From Octopus sinensis (taxonomy: Eukaryota), in NCBI RefSeq assembly GCF_006345805.1, contig NW_021824743.1:1-17958 (forward strand): DNA of 17,958 nt, in the 5' to 3' direction. The notes beneath the pieces were generated by a model, which saw only the letters and a program-made list of their open reading frames with translations, had not been told where the DNA came from and did not search any database. How positions within the stretch are numbered: the first letter of the stretch is position 1; each line of letters starts with the position of its first letter. The translations under genes and the position numbers were made by a program. Positions 9,559 through 17,958 of the stretch are shown piece by piece.

Positions 9559-9561
9559 TAC

Positions 9562-9594
<33 letters not shown>

Positions 9595-9619
9595 TAAATG
9601 TTTCGACACACTTTCCAAC

Positions 9620-9748
9620 CCCGAATACACTCATAAGGTATAGTCTACCAGGTCCATAGTAGAAGACACCTTCCTAAGGTGCCGCGCAGTGGGACTGAAC
9701 TCAAAACCACCTGGCTGCGAAGCGAGCGTCTTAACTACCCAGCCATAT
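9620..9748 (-). mobile_element. SINE family A head fragment
   Basis: ATAGTAGAAGACACCTTCCTAAGGTGCCGCGCAGTGGGACTGAAC...CCCAGCCAT. Confidence 0.7.
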
Positions 9749-10036
9749 CTAAAAACTTAAATAATATTTTTTTTTAAATACATGATACCCACCTTATTTT
9801 TAGAAACACTGCTATAATATATATATTATTACTTGTTACTTATTATATATTGATTATTCATTTTTATACTTTTTGAGATCCAGTTATATGTTTTATAAAA
9901 ATATATATGATTTGTTATTTATGTTTTGGTTTATGTTTTTCACTGTTTGAGTTGCATAATAGTGGTTTTATCTCTAATTTATATCATATATATATATATA
10001 TATATATACTTTATTTTAAGCAGCAGAAAATTCAAC

Positions 10037-10084
10037 AAAATCTGTTACTCTGAGTTTCTCGTTGCCGTTCATCAGACAGTTTTT
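10037..10084 (-). ncRNA. Minimal type-I hammerhead ribozyme (left arm)
   Basis: Reverse complement: AAAA-A-CTGT CTGATGA A-CG-GCAA-CG-A GAAA CTCAGAG TA ACAG-A-TTTT, identical to the right-arm copy. Confidence 0.75.
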
Positions 10085-11109
10085 CTAGAATGGAAATTAT
10101 ATATTAATTCAATCTATACTCTTACAAACGCTACACCTTTAAAAAGAAATGGACTTGTTGATTGGCCCTTAGAAAAAACGGTCAATCTTCGAGCGATAAA
10201 CAAAAAGGTCAAAATATATGTATATATATATAAAAAACTTATAAAAATTATAAAAATTATAAAATCCGAGGAAAAAACCGAGGAAAAAACCTATTGCCGT
10301 TAATGAAGACAGTACAAATTAATGCACAGAAATTAAACCTGTTATTAAATACTGCAATACATATTTATATTAAAATCCACATATATATATCAACATACAC
10401 AAAGGATGCGCGTAAACGCCATACATACATATACAGACGTATGAATATGAATCTAAATTATACACATAAAGCATGTGTACATATATTCACGCAAACCGTC
10501 TCGCACGCAAGCTAAAATTCATCTATGTAGCATTCTCATATACTGAGCAAGGAGGGGGAACGAAAGAAGGGAAAGAGAGAAAAAGGAACGAAGGAGGGGT
10601 GGGAAAAAACTTGTAGCGAGTTATTGCATCTATAGAGGCCAGTATACATACACAAGTTTGATGATACAAATACATATCGTCGTGTGTATGCGTGCTTAAG
10701 CACAAGCATACTTTCACTTACACATACACAGATACGCATGCTTACAAATACATATGCTTTGCTATACACATACTTATATAAACATTCTAATTTTGACAAC
10801 ATTGCTTTTTTTAAAAAAAATTGCTTTTAAAAAATGGGTGCATTAATAAAAATATATACGAAAGACATATAAAATAAAATATAACATCCTATTTTGGGTC
10901 ATTTATAAATAATCAAGGTAGTATAAATAATCAAGGTAATCCTATGCAATACAATAACATGAAAAACAAGTTTGTAGGTTTTTCCTAATATATATGTAGA
11001 AAACAATAAGACTTTGCTATAGATCCGTCGTGGCGCTCAAGAGTCAAAATCAAAATCAAAAATCAAAATACAAAATATATACTCTATCCATATGGTATAT
11101 TTATATTCG

Positions 11110-11547
11110 ACATTTTAAATTTAGCCGCGTGCCTACATAAGTTCATAACTCACTTCTTTGATTCAAAGAATTATGTTCTTTGATAAGATATGCATTTTCT
11201 CTAATAAGCAAAGCCTGCACTTGAAATTATATTTGTAAGCCCATGCCTGTATGGTGCCGCCCTGTCCAGAATGCTCCATGGTCACGTTGAAAGGTGGGGC
11301 TTCCTTTTCTTTTGTTCCCAGACATATTTTGCTAGGCTGGTTTTCTTCCTATTCTCTGGGTATTTAAAAGAATTCTTATGAGAATAAAATCTTGTTTTAA
11401 ATGAATTTTCTGAAGCCCCTGTGTATGTCTTGTATTCGATGAGCCTTCCACTTGCACCTTGGCTCTATAAACTACTCCTTTCACTAGACATTTCCCTTTC
11501 TAACGGAAAGGAGCTTCGTTTTTGAACTTACATTTCTTAATTACATT
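11110..11547 (-). pseudogene. PLE GIY-YIG endonuclease C-terminal domain, frameshifted
   Basis: GKCLVKGVVYRAKV / EYKTYTGASENSFKTRFYSHKNSFKYPENRKKTSLAKYVWEQK / WSILDRAAPYRHG / KCRLCLLEKMHIL / LNQRSE(L)MNLCRHAAKFKMSNI. It shows a GVVY-YTG variant of GIY-YIG and the conserved Arg (KTRF), Glu (LLEK) and Asn (LNQRSE). Confidence 0.85.
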
Positions 11548-12647
11548 TCAAAGACAATAATTCTTTGAATCAAAGAAGTGAGTTAATGAACTTATGTAGG
11601 CACGCGGCTAAATTTAAAATGTCGAATATAAATAACCATATGGATAGAGTATATATTTTGTATTTTGATTTTTGATTTTTGATTTTGACTCTTGAGCACA
11701 CGACGGATCTATAGCAAAGTCTTATTGTTTCTACATATATATTAGGAAAACCTACAAACTTTGTTTTCATGTTATTGTATTGCATAGGATTACCTTGATT
11801 ATTTATACTACCTTGATTATTTATAAATGACCCAAAATAGGATGTTATATTTTATTTTATATGTCTTTCGTAATATTTTATTAATGCACCCATTTTTTAA
11901 AAAGCAATGTTTTTTTAAAAAAAGCAATGTTGTCAAAATTAGAATGTTTATAAAGTATGTGTATAGCAAAGCATATGTATTTGTAAGCATGCGTATCTGT
12001 GTATGTGTAAGTGAAAGTATGCTTGTGCTTAAGCACGCATACACACGACGATATGTATATGTATCAATTCAAACTTGTGTATGTATACTGGCCTCTATAG
12101 ATGCCAATAACATCGCTACAAGTTTTTTCCCCACCCCTCCTTCGTTCCTTTTTCTCTCTTTCCCTTTCTTTCGTTCCCCCTCCTTGCTCAGTATATGAGA
12201 ATTGCTACATAGATGAATTTTAGCTTGCGTGCGAGATGGTTGCGTGAATATATGTACACATGCTTTTATGTGTATAATTTAGATTCATATTCATACGTCT
12301 GTATATGTATGTATGGCGTTACGCGCATCCTTTTGTGTATGTGATATATATATGTGGATTTAATATAAATGTATTGCAGTATTTATAACAGGTTTAATTT
12401 CTGTGCATTAATTTGTACTGTCTTCATTACGGCAATAGGTTTTTTTCTCGGTTTTTTCCTCGGATTTTATAATTTTTATAATTTTTATAAGTTTTTTTAT
12501 ATATATATACATATATTTTTGACCTTTTTGTTTATCGCTCGAAGATTGACCGTTTTTTCTAAAGGGCCAATCAAACAAGTCCATTTTTTTAAAGGTGTAG
12601 CGTTTGTAAGAGTATAGATTGAATTAATATATAAGTTCCATTCTAGC

Positions 12648-12695
12648 AAAAACTGTCTGATGAACGGCAACGAGAAACTCAGAGTAACAGATTTT
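12648..12695 (+). ncRNA. Minimal type-I hammerhead ribozyme (right arm); predicted cleavage after GUA at 12686
   Basis: CUGAUGA 12657-12663 and GAAA 12674-12677. Helix I is CUGU/ACAG extended by AAAA/UUUU, helix II is CG/CG capped by a GCAA GNRA loop, and helix III is quasi-palindromic ACUC-A-GAGU. Confidence 0.75.
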
Positions 12696-12790
12696 GTTGA
12701 ATTTTCTGCTGCTTAAAAAAAGCATATACTCTCCACTGGTATTTGAGTACTCTTTTTTCCACCTTGTTTCACATTATGTGTTTACTCCGG

Positions 12791-12811
12791 CTATATATAT
12801 ATATATATATA

Positions 12812-12859
<48 letters not shown>

Positions 12860-12860
12860 G
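12791..12860. repeat. (TA)n microsatellite at right PLE boundary
   Basis: Read directly. Confidence 0.95.
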
Positions 12861-13659
12861 TAAAGGAAAGAAGTATTTAAAAAATGCCGTCTGAGATTTT
12901 TAGTAATATAGGATAAGCCATGGCCGGAATAGCCTTTGATCAGCTCATTCAAGAGTGATCTAGGTTAAACAGCTAAACCTTTAAACAACCTCCTCACAGC
13001 AAAACAACCTGATCAACAATATCGCTTTCGCTTATTACTCTTTCTGTAAGCAGGGTTCTGTTGATTCTTGAGGTCGTTGACACGATTGCGAGGTCAATGA
13101 ACGATACAACTCCCCTGTGATATAATACCATAATGTATTACACAAACGATGATATAATGTTCGAATTACCGATATTTTTTTTTTTCAATATGCACTGAGT
13201 ATTCTCAAAGGAGACTTCAAAATAAATTAGCATTAATAACCTTCAGCTCTATATTTACATTTAATTAGAGTTTATTCCATGTATACACGCTCAGAGCATT
13301 CTCGTACGTAGACGCACCAAGTCACACAGTTGGTTGTAAGCAATAACATACTTAGCAAAATTATGCATAGTAGCGCCATCTCCATACAATTGAGAAAATG
13401 CTGACGGGCTTTGGTGGAGCGACGGCGGTGTGTTTATCTAGAGTAAGATATATATATGCTGCAGACAGTCATGTGACTGCACGCACAAATACAAGCATTC
13501 ACACACACTGCTCGCACAACAAGTATGAATGTAAAAACAGACATGCGCGCGCGCACACACAGACGCAAGTATGTTTTATGTGTGTATGTATTAATACATA
13601 TATAAGTGAGTGTGCTTGTGCATGTGCGACATATCTACACATGTATGTATGTACGTATG

Positions 13660-13736
<77 letters not shown>

Positions 13737-13771
13737 CAGATAGATAGATAGGTGTGTGTGTGTGTGTGTGT
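13660..13771. repeat. (TA)n-(GATA)n-(GT)n compound microsatellite
   Basis: Read directly. Confidence 0.95.
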
Positions 13772-14160
13772 ACATAGCTGAGTAGTAAGAAGCTGCCTTC
13801 TCAACTTCACCGTTTCGGGTTCAATCCCTCTACGAGACACCTTGAACAAATGACTTCTGCCATAAACTTATTTCTTTATTAACCGCAAGGAGCTAAACAT
13901 AGAGGGGACAAACAAGGACAGACAAAGGTATTAAGTCGATTACATCGACCCCAGTGCGTAACTGGTACTTAATTTATCGACCCCGAAAAGATGAAAGGCA
14001 AAGTCGACCTCGGCGGAATTTGAACTGACGTAACGGCAGACGAAAAACTGCTACATATTTCGCCCAGCGTGCTAACGTTTCTGCCAGCTCGCCATAAACT
14101 TGGTCTGACCAAAGCCTTGTCAGTGAATTTGGTAGAGAGATACTGAAAGAAGCCCATATA
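13772..14160 (+). mobile_element. Degenerate SINE family A 5' half, split by a family-B SINE
   Basis: Head at 13772-13869 resumes at 14094 with GGTCTGACCAAAGCCTTGTCAGTGAATTTGGTAGAGAGATACTGAAAGAAGCCC. Confidence 0.7.
13870..14093 (-). mobile_element. SINE family B with TSD
   Basis: (GCC)ATAAACTT at 13859-13869 and 14091-14101. Head reverse complement GGCGAGCTGGCAGAAACGTTAGCACGCTGGGCGAAAT. Confidence 0.85.
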
Positions 14161-14394
14161 TATTGGATTATATAAATCCATATACTGTACATTAAATTTA
14201 TACTCATATATTTAACAGAGGATTCTTTCAGTTTCCGTCTACTAAATATGTACCAGTTGAACACAGGGTTCGATGTAATCGACCTGTCCCTTCCGCTAAA
14301 ATTGCTAGCCTTGTGCCAAACTTTGAACCCATTCTTTTTGTCCTGTTTGCTGTTGTTAAACTTCTTTTTAAGCTTTTAAATCTTTTCATATAGA

Positions 14395-14560
14395 GATCTC
14401 CATCAGATTTGGTCTTCGGAATTCAGTTATCCCAACCGTGCAGCCTTCTACTATTCCTTAAATTTCTGTGACTCTTTGCCATATTAATTTTGGTCTCCCA
14501 AGTTTTCTGTCTACTTTGAAACATCTTATTACAGGACTTGCCTTGTAATGTTGGAAACAA
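14395..14560 (-). mobile_element. Highly degenerate RTE-clade LINE 3' fragment
   Basis: Minus strand RCFKVDRKLGRPKLIWQRV and GITE...D...WRS resemble the RTE terminal GRGRPK.TW motif. Confidence 0.4.
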
Positions 14561-14609
14561 GTTTCCGTAGAATGTATCTCAGCCAATAGCGTTTCCTCCC
14601 CTTGGTTAC

Positions 14610-14678
14610 CTGTACCCATAAATGTTTGCTTATGAGATTGCCTAGCAGCAGTATATCCTTCGGATTTAAAGACCGTGA
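14610..14678 (-). CDS. Candidate exon (69 bp): SRSLNPKDILLLGNLISKHLWVQ (phase 0-0); a phase 1-1 frame is also open
   Basis: Branch-like TGCTAAC upstream of acceptor ttgctatag|, and donor CAG|gtaacc. Confidence 0.3.
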
Positions 14679-14782
14679 CTATAGCAACTAAGTTAGCACA
14701 GACATCGTGGGAAATAAAACTAATAGATATAACCTTGTTATTATCCTATGACAAAATCGTTATCATTCTATAATTATGTATA

Positions 14783-14951
14783 CAGAGGAGTGGCTGTGTG
14801 GTAAGTAGCTCGCTTACCAACCACATGGTTCCGGGCTCAGTCCCACTGCGTGGCACCTTCTGCAAGTGTCTTCTACTATAGTCTCTGGCCGACCAAAGCC
14901 TTGTGAGTGGATTTAGTAGACGGAGGTAAAAGAAGCCCGTCGTATATATAT

Positions 14952-15033
<82 letters not shown>

Positions 15034-15256
15034 CTCGGTGTGTCTGTGTTTGTCCCACACACCACTAGCAACATCGCTTGACGACTGATGCTGGTGTGTT
15101 TACGTCCCCGTAACTTAGCGGTTCGGCAAAAGAGACCGATAGAATAAGTACTAGGCTTACAAAGTATAAGTCGATTTCTTCGACTAAAGGCGGTGCTCCA
15201 GCATGGGCGCAATCAAATGACTGAAACAAGTAAAACAAAGAATAAAAGAATAAAGA
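14783..15256 (+). mobile_element. SINE family A, full length
   Basis: Matches 3009-3449 over head, internal microsatellite and GAATAAAAGAA tail. Confidence 0.9.
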
Positions 15257-15359
15257 AATTATAGACACAGGTATGGCGGTGAGATTAAGAAACTCTGTTT
15301 CCAAACACTTTAGATTTAATTATGCGGGTTTTTTTCCCTCCACTTCCCAATTACTAACG

Positions 15360-15838
15360 TCTGTTTCTTCTTTTGACAAATGTCAAAATGGGATTCCGAA
15401 GGTTGTCTGGAGTAATGTTACGCGATAAGGTTGGTAGCTCGGAATTCAGCAAGTCTTTCTAAGTTGAGCCCTATTTCTCCTCATTGAAAGGTCACAACTC
15501 TGTTACATTGTGGAAGGAATCTTCAAGCTGAGCCCGCTGACAAGAGACCTAGGGATAGACCAAAATGAGATGGTTCGATTATACCCAAAGTGGATCAATG
15601 AAATGAGCAAAAATTTAAGTCTCAGCGCAACCTACAAAAAGGTTAGCATAGCTTGGGCTCATCTTAGTTCCCATGGATACACTGGTAGCTGCTAGTAAAA
15701 TTTACCATTTCAGTTCGTCACGTTTGGGATCCAACCGGAAAGTGTAATGACTGCCATTTCTGATAAGACCCTGTGGTGGAAGTGTCTAGCTCCAAGACGG
15801 CCCCAAGCATTATAGACGGAGAAGATGGATGGACATTC
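15360..15838 (+). mobile_element. RTE-clade (Expander/Rex3-like) LINE 3' end, degenerate
   Basis: With frameshifts: VKMGFRRLSGVMLRDKVGSSE..VEP / LLIERSQL / KRPRDRPK.RWFDY / SRLGIQPESVMTAISDKTLWWKCLAPRRPQAL*, followed by a GAAGATGGATGGA tail. Confidence 0.75.
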
Positions 15839-16605
15839 ATGCTTCTGATATCAAGAGTAGAAAGCTTTTAAGCAAAGTTAGTGGAAGTGTCTAGCTCCAA
15901 GACGGCCCCAAGCATTATAGACGGAGAAGATGGATGGACATCATGCTTCTGATTCAAGAGTAGAAAGCTTTAAGCCAAGTTAGTGGAATGTCTAGCTCCA
16001 AGACGGCCCCAAGCATTATAGACGGAGAAGTGGATGGACATTCATGCTTTGATATCAAGAGAGAAGCTTTTAAGCAAAGTTAGTGGAAGTTGTCTAGCTC
16101 CAAGACGGCCCCAAGCATTATAGAGGAGAAGATGGATGGACATTCATGCTTCTGATATCAAGAGTAGAAAGCTTTTAAGCAAAGTTAGTGGAAGTGTCTA
16201 GCTCCAAGACGGCCCCAAGCATTAAGACGGAGAAGATGGATGGACATTCATGCTTCTGAATCGAGAATAGAAAGCTTTTAAGCAAAGTTAGTGGAAGTGT
16301 CTAGCTCCAAGACGGCCCCAAGCATTATAGACGGAGAAGATGGATGGACATTCATGCTTCTGATATCAAGAGTAGAAAGCTTTTAAGCAAAGTTAGTGGA
16401 AGTGTCTAGCTCCAAGACGGCCCCAAGCATTATAGACGGAGAAGATGGATGGACATTCATGCTTCTGATATCGAGAATAGAAAGCTTTTAAGCAAAGTTA
16501 GTGGAAGTGTCTAGCTCCAAGACGGCCCCAAGCATTATAGACGGAGAAGATGGATGGACATTCATGCTTCTGATATCAAGAGTAGAAAGCTTTTAAGCAA
16601 AGTTA
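15776..16605. repeat. Tandem array of 8 units of ~105 bp
   Basis: Units start at 15776, 15881, 15983, 16083, 16188, 16291, 16396 and 16501. Consensus GTGGAAGTGTCTAGCTCCAAGACGGCCCCAAGCATTATAGACGGAGAAGATGGATGGACATTCATGCTTCTGATATCAAGAGTAGAAAGCTTTTAAGCAAAGTTA. Confidence 0.95.
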
Positions 16606-16649
16606 ACCTTGGAATTAAATTTTGGAAAATATAAGTCATCTTCACTGCC

Positions 16650-16788
16650 TTTGAATGATGTTTTAGTCGAATGAATCAACCCCAGTACTTATACCTTTAA
16701 GGCTGGTATTTACACTATCAGACTCCTCTGTCGAACCGCAAGCTTACGTAAACAAATCCACACAGGTTGTCAAGTGGTGTGGGGACAA

Positions 16789-16831
<43 letters not shown>

Positions 16832-17000
16832 ACGACAAATTTCTCTCAGTTTCCGTCTATCAAATCCTCCCACTCACAAGGCTTTGGTCAGCCCGATGCT
16901 ACAGTAGAAGACGCTAGGCCAAGGTATCACGCTGTGGGACTGAACCCGGAACACTGTGGCTGGGAAGTAAGCTTCTTACCACACAGCCATGCCTGCGCCT
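16650..17000 (-). mobile_element. SINE family A, near full length, degenerate
   Basis: CTTACCACACAGCCATGCCTGCGCCT head end, CAGTTTCCGTCTATCAAAT and an internal (CA)n. Confidence 0.85.
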
Positions 17001-17459
17001 ATGAATGCATTATGGCCTTAAATTACAATATCTTATCTAAGTTTTCGAACTAAAGTGCTATGATAATAATGTTAGTGTTTATACGTTTTTATAGATAGCA
17101 ATTATTTATCGTTAAACTGACATTTCTCCGCAATACGTTGTATACATTATCTTTCTCTGTTAATCGAAATTACGGTATATCCTCCACGTATGAAACATGC
17201 AAATGATGCTCATTAGCGAAATGTTTAGAGTAAATGTTATTCTACGTGACATGCATTAGCTATAAATACTTGTATCTCTGTCGATTCGTTCACTTTTATT
17301 TGTGTGTTTTCATGAAATTGTGCAGAAGATAAAATACACTGTTTGAATGCCCGCTTGACTTCTGTGGTATTCCGGTCGATGTTTACAGTCGGTGTTAATC
17401 GACCGTTGGAAACAACACGTGATTGCATCTCTTATTTATTTATTAATTGATTTATCTTT

Positions 17460-17830
17460 AAATTATTATTTTTCGTCCTTGATTCAATCATCGGACTGCA
17501 GCCATGCGAGTGCATTGACCTGCTGGGGTATCGCCTTGCCGGAGTATCGCTTTACAGGGCTTAATAACAAAAATCAACTCCAGTAGTTTTTTCTTTTTGT
17601 TTTTCTTTGTTAGAAGTATGGTACGTATTCTATGAGTTTTTAACTTGCCGAACCGCTAAGTTATGAGAACGTAAAGAAAACAACACCGGTTGTGAAAGAA
17701 GTGAAAGGGAGACAAGCACAAGCGCAAAAATACACACGCAATATCTTACACACACACACACACACACACAATATCACACACACACAATATCACACACACA
17801 CAATATCACACACACACAATATCACACACA
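17460..17830 (-). mobile_element. SINE family A-related 3' half plus CA-rich repeats
   Basis: GCCGAACCGCTAAGTTA...AACACCGGTTGTGAA and GACTGCAGCCATGC match the family A 3' half. Confidence 0.65.
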
Positions 17831-17958
17831 TTTATAGATATGTTTCTTTATTAGCCACACGGGGCTGCACACAGATAGAACAAATTACAAGGTAGAGCTT
17901 TTCTTTTGAAGGTTTAAAAAAAAAAAAAAGGAAGGGGGAGTTTCGATCAAAAAGGGAT

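Larger units (their letters stand above)
10004..12790. mobile_element. Penelope-like retroelement with inverted pseudo-LTR architecture: minus-strand 5'-truncated copy (~11547 to 10004) joined head-to-head to an inverted copy of its 3' end (11548 to ~12790)
   Basis: Arms ~10004-11183 and ~11548-12727 are reverse complements differing mostly by small indels. The spacer encodes a GIY-YIG endonuclease, both arms carry a hammerhead, and both outer ends abut (TA)n. Confidence 0.88.

Noticed and set aside
11490-11550. Selenocysteine (UGA) recoding at the PLE Cys-rich motif
   Set aside because: No in-frame TGA at a Cys position is visible in this truncated copy, and no SECIS could be identified by eye.
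9926-12617. Paired ORFs such as 10536-10802 and 11827-12198 suggesting a duplicated gene
   Set aside because: They are chance frames in the inverted PLE 3' UTR arms, and indels between the arms break them differently.
12900-13125. Possible minus-strand exons (acceptors near 13119 and 12961)
   Set aside because: Weak or absent donors, phases incompatible with the other candidates, and no recognisable peptide.
13370-13386. TAGCGCCATCT, a CTCF-like core motif (similar at ~7883)
   Set aside because: A short partial match that is expected by chance. It cannot be supported without ChIP or conservation data.
15776-16605. CRISPR-like regular array
   Set aside because: Units are wholly repeated with no unique spacers, and the context is eukaryotic with no cas genes.
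17830-17958. Start of another repeat, with a GATCGAAAC motif on the minus strand that could be a hammerhead half
   Set aside because: Truncated by the window edge, so the CUGANGA half cannot be seen.

Overview
AT-rich, microsatellite-dense eukaryotic DNA made almost entirely of decayed transposable elements. The repeat families resemble those of octopus (coleoid cephalopod) genomes; this is inferred from recalled repeat motifs, not from a search. No complete protein-coding gene is supported, and most listed ORFs are microsatellite artefacts. The main structure is a ~2.8 kb Penelope-like retroelement (PLE) at ~10004-12790. It has two ~1.18 kb inverted arms around a 364 bp spacer encoding a frameshifted GIY-YIG endonuclease, and each arm carries a minimal type-I hammerhead ribozyme near its outer end. 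Two unrelated hammerhead-like motifs lie at ~4683-4720 (in a second PLE remnant) and ~5387-5420 (in a 200 bp non-coding element). Other elements are a dead DD37D (maT) Tc1/mariner with a templated insertion, a non-autonomous Helitron, two stacked R4/Dong-like LINE ends in (AAT)n, RTE LINE remnants (one with its 3' junction amplified into an 8 x ~105 bp array), three tRNA-type SINE families, a 23-bp minisatellite and a few low-confidence candidate exons.
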